Of a stretch of 64,000 bases of DNA, positions 48,602 to 59,046 are shown in pieces; within the stretch, counting starts at the first letter, position 1; every line of letters begins with the position of its first letter. The stretch is from Longimicrobiales bacterium. Its GTDB lineage: Bacteria > Gemmatimonadota > Gemmatimonadetes > Longimicrobiales > Gaopeijiaceae. Location: contig CBDCKN010000015.1 in the NCBI GenBank assembly GCA_965218295.1, forward strand, positions 64,001 through 128,000, written 5' to 3'. The position numbers were made by a program, and so were the translations under genes. Below the pieces are notes generated by a model. It did not search any database, was not told the origin of the DNA, and saw only the letters and a list, made by a program, of their open reading frames with translations.

Positions 48602-50762
48602 TCAGCCCAGCTGGACCGGCAGCTCCCTGATCCGCTGACCGGTGAGTGCGAAGAGGGCGTTCGTGACGGCCGGAGCCAACGGCGGCAGCCCGCCGGGTGG
48701 ATCGCCGCTTGGAGCCAGCACCACCTCGACCTCGGGCGCCTCGTCTATCCGGACCATGGGGTAGTCGTGAAAGTTGCTCTCGACGACTCGCCCCCCCTGG
48801 ATGCTCACGCGACCGTACAGAGCCGCCGTGAGGCCATACATCATGCCGCTCTCCATCTGAGCCCGTACGATGGCCGGGTTCACCACCACGCCGCAGTCGA
48901 TCGCACACCAGAGCCTGTGGACGCGGGGCTTGTCCCCGTCCACGGAGACCTCTGCCACCTCGGCCACATACGAGCCGAAGGACTCCACCACGGAGGATTC
49001 CCCGAGCTCGTCCCTCGGGAGGCGTCGTGCCCCACGCCGAGGCTTCAGCCACGGCATCCAGCACATCGATGTGCCTGGGGTGATCTACGAGGAGGGCCCT
49101 CCGGTACTGGTACGGATCCTGGCCCGCTGCGTGCGCCAGCTCGTCCACGAAGGACTCCACCACGAATCCGTTGTGCGAGTTGCCTACCGAACGCCAGAAG
49201 CCGACAGGGATGGGAAGCTCGACGTTAGACCAGGCCACGCGAACGTTAGGGACGGGATAGGGGTGGTTTTGAGCCGCCTCGACGGACGTTGGGTCCACCC
49301 CGTCCGGCATGAGACCGGCCCAGCCCGCCACGAAATTGGGCATCCAACCCGGAAGCCATCTCTCCATGATCGATTGTGAGGCGATCTCGTGACGCCACGC
49401 CATGGGTCGCCCCCCCTCGTCCAGCAGAGCCTCCAGCTGGTGATACGATGCCGGCCGGTAGAAGTCGTGCTGAATGTCGTCTTCCCTGGACCAGACCACC
49501 TTGACGGGTCCGTCGACCTTGGAGGCCAGCTCCGCCGCCTCCCGCACGAAGTCCAGCTCGGCCCTTCGGCCGAAGCCGCCGCCCAGATAGGTCGTGTGGA
49601 CCTCTACGGAATCATCGTCGACACCGGCGGCCTTGGCGGCCGCCTGGCGTGAGCCTCCGCCGATCAAGGAGGGGGCATCTTGGAACTGGGTGGGCGCCCA
49701 TACTGTGCAACGGCCCTCCCTCACCACCGCGGTGCAGTTCATAGGCTCCATGGTGGCGTGGGCCAGGTAGGGCAGTGAGTACTCCGCCGTGACGCGGGTG
49801 CCGGATCCAGTGAGGGCGACATCCACATCTCCGTCGTCGCGGGCAGCCTTCCCGCCCACCTCCACCGCCGCGCGGAAGCGGCGGGAGATCTCGGCGTCGT
49901 CGATCGTGGCTCCCGCGCCCTCGTTCCAGACGATCTGGAGGGCGTCACGCCCCTTCTTGGCCGGCCAGTAGCCCTCGGCGACCACGGCAACTCCGCTCTC
50001 GATGTCCACGACGTCGTGGACGCCTTCAACGGCCAGGGCGGGCGCCGGGTCGTACGACCCGACCGAACCTCCGAAGACGGGGGAACGGGCAACCACGGCC
50101 ACCCGGGCGTCAGAGGGGCCGGCATCCACGCCGAAGGTCGCCTGGCCCCTCGTCTTCGCCGGTACGTCCAGGCGCCTCGGCGACCTGCCGATGATACGGA
50201 ACTCCGACGGATCCTTGAGCTCGACGGTCTTCGGGAGCGGGATGGCCGCCGCCGCGGTGGCAAGCTCGCCGTAGGTGAGCGTCGACCCATCCGGGTGTAT
50301 GGCCGTACCGTCGAGCATGCGAACCTGCTCGGCGACGACGCCCCAGCGCTGGGCGGCAGCTTCGCGAAGGAGCCACCGCGCAATGGCGCCCGCCTCCCGA
50401 AGAGGCTCCCATGCCGTGAGCACGCTCGTGCTCCCCCCAGTCACCTGCATCCCCATCGTGGGGGAGTTGCGGTACGCCGGATGGGCCGGCGCAAAGGCGA
50501 AGGATATACTCTCCAGGGAAACCTCGAGCTCCTCCGCGATGAGCTGCGGAAGGGCGGTGGTGATCCCCTGCCCCATCTCCGACTTGTCGATCATGAAGGT
50601 GATCGCGCCGTCGTCGTCGATCCGTAACCAAGCGTTCGGCGCGAAGGCGGCGTTCGTGGCGGGCATGCCGGGGCCCGATCTGACCTTGAAGTAGATCCCG
50701 AGTGTGAGACCGGCGCCCGCTACAGCGCCGACCTTGATGAAGGTGCGGCGCGAGACGCTCAT
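48602..50762 (-). pseudogene. IorB-like molybdopterin subunit (Tat) with frameshift near 48995 and deletion of the GEP motif
   Basis: SRRTFIK, EMGQG, TGGSTS, HATMEP, GGGFGRR, WRSV; C-terminus reads PPGGLPP instead of PGG-x-GEPG-LPP. Confidence 0.8.
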
Positions 50763-51260
50763 CGGTCGCCTCCTTGCTCGGCACCCTCGGCCACGAGCAC
50801 GGTCTCCCGGGACAGCTTCCGCCGCCCGGTGGATCGCCCGCCGGATGGCGTTGTACGCACCGCAGCGGCACACGTTGCCCGTCATGGCCCGGTCGATGTC
50901 CTCATCGGTGGGCCGGTCGACTTCAGCGAGCAGTCCTGCCGCGGACATGATCTGGCCTGACTGACAATAGCCACACTGGGGAACCTGCTCCTCCACCCAT
51001 GCCCGCTGAACCGGGTGTGATCCGCTGGGAGAGAGTCCCTCGATGGTCGTCACCTCGGCTCCTTCGACCGTGCCGATCGCTGTCATGCACGAGCGGGCCG
51101 GGGTGCCGTTCACATGGACCGTGCAGGCCCCACACAGGCCCATCCCACACCCGAACTTGGTGCCAGTGAGCTTGATGGTGTCCCGGAGAACCCACAGGAG
51201 TGGAGTATCTTCAGGGACGTCGACCCGCTGGGGCCGCCCGTTGAGCGTGAAAGTGACCAT
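50759..51260 (-). CDS. IorA-like 2x[2Fe-2S] subunit; probable 1-bp indel near 50820 makes it appear fused to iorB
   Basis: [30 protein letters not shown]; alternative tail [19 protein letters not shown] ends in an ATGA overlap with iorB. Confidence 0.85.
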
Positions 51261-51355
51261 GGCGAGGTCCTGCTGGAGAAGAGGGGTCGTGCTCGAAAAG
51301 TGTCGCGGCCCGTGGGTCCGACACAAGGACCCGCGGTCGTAACTTGCCCTGCCAC

Positions 51356-51399
51356 ATCGATATTGATACCATTCGAGATCAATCTCAATTGATATCAAT
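51356..51399. promoter_or_regulatory. Three 12-bp palindromic repeats with 16-bp period (putative PadR operator)
   Basis: ATCGATATTGAT (51356), TTCGAGATCAAT (51372), ATTGATATCAAT (51388). Confidence 0.6.
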
Positions 51400-51413
51400 C
51401 ACTGGGAGCCCTC

Positions 51414-51734
51414 ATGATCACGCGGCCACTCAAGCCTCAATGGTTCCAGATTCTCCTCGCGTTGTCGGAGCAGGATCGGCACGGCTACGCCATTCAGCGG
51501 GCGGTTCTGGACCGGACGGACGGACACCTGCGGCTGTGGCCGGCAATGCTCTATCGATCGTTGGCGAAGCTCGAGGAGGGCGGTCTGATTCGTCATGCCG
51601 AGGCTCCGTCGCATGAGCCCGAGGATGAGCGCCGGCAATACTACGGGCTCACGGAGGAGGGGCGGCTTAGGCTCAGGGACGAGGGAGAGATGCTCGCCCG
51701 CTGGGCTGCCGCCGCACGGGGTGTCGGGGTCTGA
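51414..51734 (+). CDS. PadR-family transcriptional regulator (acidobacterial type)
   Basis: ILLAL...HGYAI...LYRSL..LEEGGLI...RRQYY.LT..GR. Confidence 0.9.
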   Translation: MITRPLKPQWFQILLALSEQDRHGYAIQRAVLDRTDGHLRLWPAMLYRSLAKLEEGGLIRHAEAPSHEPEDERRQYYGLTEEGRLRLRDEGEMLARWAAAARGVGV

Positions 51735-51735
51735 C

Positions 51736-54402
51736 ATGTCCGCCCCAAGCCGACTGCGCGCCTACCGGCTGCTGCTGCACCTCTTTCCCCGGGATTTCCG
51801 CAAGACGCGGGGTGGGGAGTTGGAGCGGCTGTTCCTGGATATGTGCGCTGAATGGGAGGAGGAGAGGGGGGAGTTGGGGTTTCGCTTCTGGGTATCCCTT
51901 GCTTGGGATACGCAGCGGGAAGCGCTCGGCGAGTGGTTCTCCCTGTCTCGTGACGCAATCGAGTCCACCATGACCCAGAGCCTTGGAGAGCACATGTCCG
52001 CGCTCATTGGAGACATCCGCTACGCAGTCCGCCAGCTCGTGCGACAACCGCTATACGGCGTCATGGTGGTCGTGCTGATGACACTCGGCATCGCCGGGAA
52101 TACGGCCATGTTCAGGGTCTTCAACGGGCTCTTCCTGCGGCCTCTCCCGTTCGAGGACGCGGAACAAGCTCGTCGACCTGGACGAGACCGCTCCGCACTG
52201 GGACCTCGAGTTCCTGAGCATCGCGTACCGCGACTTCGCAGCGTGGCGAGACCACAACAGCACGTTCCAGTCGATGGCTGTCTACCATTTCGGCGGCGGC
52301 AACCTCGTGATGGACGGCTCGGCAGAGCGAGTGACCTACCTGGCCTCAACGCACACCATGGACGATGTGCTGGGCATACAGCCCACCCTCGGTCGTTTCT
52401 TCGGTCCGGAGGAGGATCAGCCGGACGGGCCGAGGGCGATGCTCCTCTCGCAGGGGTTCTGGGAGCAGGAGTTCGGCGCCGATCCAGGTGTGCTGGGCAG
52501 CACCGTGTCACTGAGTGGATTCCCTATTGAGATCATCGGGGTGCTGCCTCCCGAGGCCGGCTTCGTTGCCGAGGTCGATGTATGGCTCCCACTGCGGCAG
52601 ACGGAGACGGAATTCGATGGTTGGGGCCTCGACGGCATCGGACGCCTGCGGCCGGACGCGACCATCGAGCAGGCCCGTGCCGACCTCCTTACGATTCACA
52701 AGGGCTTGATAGACCAATTCGAAGTCAACGAGATCTCGTCCCCCGTAATCAACTCGCTTCGGGATCGTTACCTCGGTGACTACCGCCTCGGCTCAGGTTT
52801 CCTGCTCGGAGCCGTCGGTATCGTTCTTCTCATCGCCTGCGCGAACATCGCCGGCCTCATGACAGCCCGAGCGATGGCGCGGGGGCCCGAGATGGCGGTG
52901 CGGCTCGCGATGGGGGCTCCCCGGCTTCGGATCATACGGCAGCTGCTGACCGAGAGCTTCGTACTCGCATCGGTGGGGGCCGTGATCGGATCGGCCCTCG
53001 GGATCTGGGGCTCCAGGGCGCTCGTCGAACCGATGGCCGATCAGTTCCCGCTCTGGATCAGCTTCGATCTCGACCACCGTTTTCTGTTGTTCACACTGGC
53101 CGTCACGGTCGGAGCGGCCCTTCTGTTCGGATTCGCTCCAGCTCTCAGTACGTCAGCCAACCGGGACGCGGTGTGGAGCGCCAGTCGGTCCACCGCCACC
53201 ACGAGTCGCCGACGTGGAATGAACCTTCTCGTCATGGGCGAAGTCGCTCTCGCACTGACCCTGCTCGTCGTGGGCGGCCTGAGCATGCTCGATGTCAGCC
53301 GCTTGGGGCAGATCGACCCGGGCTTTCAGGCGGATGGCCTCATCGCGTACCGCCTCGCCCTGCCCTCGACCCGCTACCAAGACGCCGAAGCCCGTTTGGC
53401 CTTTGTCGATGACTATATCCCGCGACTCGAGGCCATCCCCGGGGTGGAATCCGCCGCGGTCGCCACCGCCCTTCCGCTCTCGGGCCACTGGGGCTGGTTC
53501 TACCAGGCTGAGGGAGCGCCCCGTCGGGCCGAAGACGAGGCAAACCCGGTGGTTCTGAACCGCGTCGTGACGCCGGGCTACTTCGAGACCCTCGACATCC
53601 GCTTGCCGCCGGGCGTCCCTTCAATTCGTTCGACGGTCGCGAGGAGGGCAGCCAGGCAATCATCGTCAACGAGACGTTCGTTCGGACGCACCTCTCGCAC
53701 CTGAGTAACCCGATCGGAGCACGGGTGACACCGGGAACCGACGCGCCCAGCGAGGACGCGACGTGGATGACCGTGGTCGGCGTGACTCGCGACGTGAAGC
53801 ACTACGGAGTCGATCAGGAGATGCGACCGGGCGTCTACCAACCGCTCCGGCAACTCCCCAGGAGTGGCTTTCAGGTGGCGCTCCGCACACGCGGCGAAGC
53901 GAGCTCTCTCGTCTCGGCTGCCCGCGGCGTGACGGCCCAGCTGGACGTCGAGCTACCGGTCTACAACGTGCAGACCATGACCGAGGAGCTCGACGAGGCT
54001 CTCTGGACCCGGCGGGCCACGTCGTGGCTCATCGCGACCTTTTCCACCGTGGCGCTGCTCCTGGCGGTCGCCGGCATCTACGGCGTGATTTCGTACAGCG
54101 TCGGGGAGCGCAGACAGGAGATCAGCATCCGGATGGCTATGGGTGCACAGAAGCGGCAGGTCCTCGGGCAGATCGTGCGACAGGGCATGTCCCTGGTCGC
54201 CGTTGGTGTGATGTTTGGCTTGGCCCTGTCCATGGCGGGCGCCGGCCTGATCTCCGGGATCCTGGTCGGCGTCAGTGCCACCGATCCGGCCGTCTACGCC
54301 GGAGTCACCGCGCTGCTGGTGTCCGTGGCCGCCCTCGCCAACTACCTGCCGGCCCGGAGGGCAGCCGCACTCGATCCGATGGAGGCACTGAGGGGCGAAT
54401 AG
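51736..54402 (+). CDS. ADOP-type duplicated ABC permease (MacB/FtsX domains); frameshifts near 52167 and 53602
   Basis: Permease-prefix domain, DIRYAVRQL, LGIAGNTAMF, LIACANIA, QLLTES, GIYGVISY, PARRAAALDPMEALRGE. Confidence 0.85.
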
Positions 54403-54426
54403 CAGCTCCGCGCCGGTTCCTCCTCG

Positions 54427-54455
54427 TTGACACGCGGTCGGCCTGATTCCAACAT
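54427..54455 (+). promoter_or_regulatory. Putative sigma70 promoter
   Basis: TTGACA-17 bp-CAACAT upstream of 54550. Confidence 0.4.
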
Positions 54456-54549
54456 CCGGTGACCGGTACGTGTCCTCGTTGCGGTCATAGGTAACTTCCG
54501 TCGGTGCACACCGAATCACACCCTACCTCCGAAACCTGAGTCGATCGAC

Positions 54550-56877
54550 ATGGCGCGGACCCAGGTTCGAGATCCGGCACAGGGACTTGTAGCAACAGCA
54601 CTCCTTTTCGTGTTCTTGACGGACCCCATAGCGGCCCAGAACCCCGTCAACGGGGTGAGCGACGTCGAGCCTGTCGATCTCATCGCGCTTCGACTCGAGA
54701 GCGGCGCCGGCATCGACGTGGACGGGCGCCTCGACGAGGAAGTGTGGGAGCGGGCCATCCCCATCACGGACTTCACCCAGCAGGAGCCCGTGGAGGGCGG
54801 GACGCCGTCGGAGCGGACGGAGATCCGGGTCGTCTACGACGAGGATGCGATCTACATCGGAGCCATCCTCTACGATGATCCCGAGGGGATCCTGGCGTTC
54901 CAGAAGCGACGGGACGGCTTCCTGAGCACCGACGACCGTTTCATGTGGATTCTGGACACCTTCCGGGACGGTCGCACCGGCTACTTCTTCGAGACCAATG
55001 CCACAGGGGTGATGGGCGATGCCCTGATCGCTGGGGGGAGCCGCGGTCGCAGGGGCGGGGGCTTCGGCGGTGGTGGCTTCGGCGGGGGTAGCGGCGGCCG
55101 GGCGTGGGACGGAATCTGGCAGGTCAAGACGTTTATTCGACCCGACGGCTGGTCGTTGGAGATCCAGATCCCCTTCCGCACGCTGAACTTCGACCCGGCC
55201 TCGGACACCTGGGGAATCAACTTCCAGCGCACGATCCGCCGCAAGAACGAGGAGATCCTCTGGCGAGGGTATCGGCGCAACCAGAGCCTCCGCCAACCCG
55301 TACACGCCGGCCGGCTCACCGGCCTCCGGGGAATGTCGCAGGGAGTCGGACTCGAGGCGGTTCCCTACGCGGTAACGAACTGGAGGAACGTGCCGGAAGA
55401 GGCCGACCCGACCACGTACCCGAGCGACGTCGGTCTCGACATCAACTACAACGTCACGCCGAGCTTGAGGGCCGGGGTGAGCGTGAACACCGACTTCGCA
55501 GAGGCGGAGGTCGACCAGCGGCGCCTCAACCTCACTCGCTTTCCACTCCGCTTCCCGGAGCGGCGCGACTTCTTCCTCGAGGGATCGGGCGTCTTCACCT
55601 TCGCGCCGAGCAACGGGGCCGAGCCCTACTTCAGCCGGCGTATCGGACTGCTCGAGGGCGAGCAGATCCCGCTCAACTACGCGGCCAGGCTCGGGGGCCA
55701 GGCCGGCAGATACGAGCTCGGATTCATCCACGTGAACACGGCGGAGCTCGAGTCTGTGGATGTGGACGGCGGCACCTTCGCCGGGGAGCAGTTCACGGTG
55801 GCCCGGGTCAAGCGGGGCATCTTCGAGCAATCGACCATCGGCGCCATCTACACGCGTCGCTCCACCGGTGCCGACCCCACCGATCCAACGGCGCTGGCCC
55901 CCGAGGACCGGCACACGGTCGGGGCCGACCTCTACTACACCACCTCTCGGCTCTTCGGCCAAAAGAACTTCACCTTCCAGGCGTTCTCCGCCTGGAACTC
56001 CAATCCGGACCGGGACGTCGAGCGCTCGCTGTCGGATCTCTCCGCCCGCGGCATCCGGATGAGCTACCCCAACGACATCTGGTCGGCGCACATCTCCTAC
56101 CGTGAGTTCGGAGACGACTACAGCCCCGCCGTGGGGTTCGTCACCCGGAACGGCTTCCGCCGCGTCGAGCCCAGGATTGGTTGGCGACCGAGGCCTGACA
56201 TCGACTGGATCCGCAGGCTCGACTTTTCGGTGCAGTTCCGGCACCTGGAGGACATCGACACCGGCATCGCCGAAGAGCGGCAGTGGCGCTTCAAGGTCTT
56301 CGGCGTCGATCTCGAGAGCCAGGACAACTTCGACATCGACCTCCAGCGCCAGTTCGAGTACCTCGACAACGAGTTCGAGATCAGCGACGGAATCTTCATC
56401 GAAGAGGGCAACTACACGAACTGGGAGTGGACGTTCATGGCTCGAGCGGCGAGCCGCCGAGTCGTCTCCGGGAGGGTCGAGGTCCGCCGAGGCGGCTTTT
56501 GGAGCGGAGACCGGACCCAGTTGGAGATCGGCCTGGACCTGCGACCGTCGCCCGGGATCCTCCTCTCGGTCGACGTCGAGAACAACAACGTGGATCTACC
56601 CCAGGGATCGTTCGACGCGAACCTCTTCCGGGTGGCCGGCGAGTGGAACATCACTCCCCTTGCGTCCGTCACGGGCAACATCCAATACGATGACGTCACC
56701 GAAGTCGTGGGGCTCTTCATGCGGACGCGGTGGATCCTCGCGCCCGGGAATGAGTTCTTCCTCGTGTTCACGCAGAACTGGCAGAACCTGGGTGCCGGGC
56801 TGTTCGACGAGGACCGCGAGTTCCTGACCCTCTCCCGGGGCGCGAGCATGAAGCTGAACTACACGTATCGGCTCTAG
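54550..56877 (+). CDS. CBM9-like + DUF5916 outer-membrane protein
   Basis: VDGRLDEEVW, TEIRV, NTDFAEAEVD, FPERRDFFLE, YFSRRIG; beta-strand-like C-terminus KLNYTYRL. Confidence 0.82.
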   Translation: MARTQVRDPAQGLVATALLFVFLTDPIAAQNPVNGVSDVEPVDLIALRLESGAGIDVDGRLDEEVWERAIPITDFTQQEPVEGGTPSERTEIRVVYDEDAIYIGAILYDDPEGILAFQKRRDGFLSTDDRFMWILDTFRDGRTGYFFETNATGVMGDALIAGGSRGRRGGGFGGGGFGGGSGGRAWDGIWQVKTFIRPDGWSLEIQIPFRTLNFDPASDTWGINFQRTIRRKNEEILWRGYRRNQSLRQPVHAGRLTGLRGMSQGVGLEAVPYAVTNWRNVPEEADPTTYPSDVGLDINYNVTPSLRAGVSVNTDFAEAEVDQRRLNLTRFPLRFPERRDFFLEGSGVFTFAPSNGAEPYFSRRIGLLEGEQIPLNYAARLGGQAGRYELGFIHVNTAELESVDVDGGTFAGEQFTVARVKRGIFEQSTIGAIYTRRSTGADPTDPTALAPEDRHTVGADLYYTTSRLFGQKNFTFQAFSAWNSNPDRDVERSLSDLSARGIRMSYPNDIWSAHISYREFGDDYSPAVGFVTRNGFRRVEPRIGWRPRPDIDWIRRLDFSVQFRHLEDIDTGIAEERQWRFKVFGVDLESQDNFDIDLQRQFEYLDNEFEISDGIFIEEGNYTNWEWTFMARAASRRVVSGRVEVRRGGFWSGDRTQLEIGLDLRPSPGILLSVDVENNNVDLPQGSFDANLFRVAGEWNITPLASVTGNIQYDDVTEVVGLFMRTRWILAPGNEFFLVFTQNWQNLGAGLFDEDREFLTLSRGASMKLNYTYRL

Positions 56878-57103
56878 GGAAGAGCCGGGGCCGGCGCCCC
56901 GCCAAGGGTCGAACCGGCCGGCGAGACGAGCGTGTCCGGAGTCGAGCAGAGCGCAGGCCCGCGGCCGGCGTCGTCGTCAAGCGGAACGCTGCACCGACTC
57001 GCACGATCTGAAACCGGTACTTTAGATTATCCGTAGGGCCCGACACGTCATGGACGACTCCCGTCGAGAGTGGACCGATCGTGTACAGCTGGAGGATGAA
57101 CGG

Positions 57104-57310
57104 ATGAGGGCGCTCGCGCCGGTGGCGCTTACCGGCCTCTTGACTCTGATCTTGTTGGAGATCCTCAAGATCATCATGGAGCCCGTAGTGGCGTGGCTCC
57201 TGGGAATGCTTGTCCTCGGCCTCAAGATCTCGCTGGCCCTGATCGCCCTAGGCGGAGGGGTCTACCTGGTCAGGCGCTACTACCGGTCCCGCAACGAAGC
57301 GGAGGCCTGA
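57104..57310 (+). CDS. Small two-TM hypothetical protein
   Basis: GGAGG RBS, two hydrophobic stretches. Confidence 0.55.
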   Translation: MRALAPVALTGLLTLILLEILKIIMEPVVAWLLGMLVLGLKISLALIALGGGVYLVRRYYRSRNEAEA

Positions 57311-57697
57311 CTCGCAGCGCGGCCCTCGCTGTCGAGCCTCGCCACCGCACGCAGGCCGCCCTTCCCCGCCGTCAGACTCGACGGGCCGACGGTCACCCCT
57401 CGCCCTTCACCTCCTCCTCAGCGAGAACGTGCAGACGAACCGATTCTCCGCAGTCTGCTCGTTGAGGTGTACGAAGACCGAGACGGTCTTCTCCCGTGGG
57501 CCGGGGGAGCGCGTCGACTCGCGCGTCCCACGTAGAAGTTCGTATCATCAATCCGATCCGGAGGCAACAGCGGTTCGTCACGCTTCGTGACCGCTAGGAT
57601 CTGATGAGAGAAGTACTGAAGGCGATCCGGACCGTGTCGGATAGCCGGTAGCCAAGCCGGCGGTCTAGAGGTTTGTGGCCATGAGCGCTGAGGCGGC

Positions 57698-58600
57698 ATG
57701 GACGTAATAACGCACGCGATGATTGGATTGGTGCTGGCGAGCCCGGTAGCGCCCACTCATCCGGAGGCCGCCGCCACGTTCATGCTGGGGTCCGTGCTGC
57801 CCGACCTCGACGCCACGAGCCGACTCTTCGGCAAACGCGCCTTCCTCCGGGCACATCAAACGTACACCCACTCGACGCCGGTTATTGTCGCCATTGGCGT
57901 CGCAGCCGGAGCCGCCCTCGCCGCTACCGGCGTTCGAGCACCCTACGCGCCCCTCGCTCTCGTGCTGGCCATGCTCCTTCACAGCTACATGGACGTGACG
58001 AATACGTACGGGATCACCGTGCTGGCCCCGTTCTCTCACCGCCGCTCGTCCTTGGATTGGGTCTTCTTCATCGACGCGTTCGTACTCGCCGTCTCGATCC
58101 CCGCAGCCGGATACGTGGCCTTGATGTGGTATCGAGGCCATGATGTGACCTGGCCGTTGCCCATGGCCTACGCGACCATCCTCGCCATCTACTGGCTGGC
58201 CAGGGCCTTGATCCGCGGCCGCGCCGGTCGGCTCGCCCCGGCCGGAACCGTCGCGCTGGTTCCCAGCGCTCTCCTCCCTTGGAAATTCCTCGGCACGGCC
58301 GAAGAGGGAGCCATGGTGCGACTCTTCAGGCTGGATGCCCGCTCGGGCGAGCTCACGGAGGAGCGGAGGCATGAGGTTCTCGACGACGCCTGGTCCCCCG
58401 TCCTGCAGGAGCTACCCGAATACCGACTGATGCGGAGCCTGTCAGCCGCCTATCATGTCGTCGAGGCGACGTCAGGGCCGGACGGGACGGAGGTTCTCTG
58501 TAGGGACCTGCGCACGCGGAACTTCGGCGGACGGTTCGGCGAGCTCTGGGTGTTGGTGGCACCGGACAGGACCGTCCTTCGAGCCGACTTCAACGTTTAA
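57698..58600 (+). CDS. Membrane-bound metal-dependent hydrolase (YdjM-like)
   Basis: MDVITH, LPDLD, HQTYTHS, HSYMD...YG. Confidence 0.82.
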   Translation: MDVITHAMIGLVLASPVAPTHPEAAATFMLGSVLPDLDATSRLFGKRAFLRAHQTYTHSTPVIVAIGVAAGAALAATGVRAPYAPLALVLAMLLHSYMDVTNTYGITVLAPFSHRRSSLDWVFFIDAFVLAVSIPAAGYVALMWYRGHDVTWPLPMAYATILAIYWLARALIRGRAGRLAPAGTVALVPSALLPWKFLGTAEEGAMVRLFRLDARSGELTEERRHEVLDDAWSPVLQELPEYRLMRSLSAAYHVVEATSGPDGTEVLCRDLRTRNFGGRFGELWVLVAPDRTVLRADFNV

Positions 58601-58611
58601 CGACAAGACTC

Positions 58612-59046
58612 ATGAAGGCGCGCACGTGCGGGTTCCGCTTCTCTGCAACCGATGGCGTCTTCATCGTGGGGCTAGCCATCGCCGGCTGGCTCCTCAAAGA
58701 TCTCCTCGGCCCCATGGTGGGAGTCTTCATCGTCGTCCCCGTTCACTTCTTCCTCTTCTGCAACGTCTTCCGCATTAGACGGGCCTTCGAGTTGACTTGG
58801 ACGGGGACCTTCCTGGTGCTGTTGGTCGGCTGGATCTTCACGGGAGACATCGATTGGTGGCGGATCATGGCCATTTTGACCCCTCTGACGCTGGGCCTCA
58901 TCGGCGTGGAGATGCGGAGCCCCGGGTATCACGGCATCCTATGCCGACGCATCAACGCCGATCACATCGACGAGTGGCTTTCCGAGCGGGCACCTCCCGC
59001 ACTCGGTCGGCGAAGCGCCGGCCCAGCCCGATCCGGAAGCCGCTAG
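58612..59046 (+). CDS. Hypothetical membrane protein
   Basis: Four TM segments, HFFLFCNVFRI and YHG motifs. Confidence 0.65.
   Translation: MKARTCGFRFSATDGVFIVGLAIAGWLLKDLLGPMVGVFIVVPVHFFLFCNVFRIRRAFELTWTGTFLVLLVGWIFTGDIDWWRIMAILTPLTLGLIGVEMRSPGYHGILCRRINADHIDEWLSERAPPALGRRSAGPARSGSR

Noticed and set aside
48492..51398. 968-aa apparent IorA-IorB fusion
   Set aside because: iorB has its own GGAGG RBS and an internal Tat motif. A 1-bp shift near 50820 gives iorA a natural tail ending in an ATGA overlap, so the fusion is probably an indel product.
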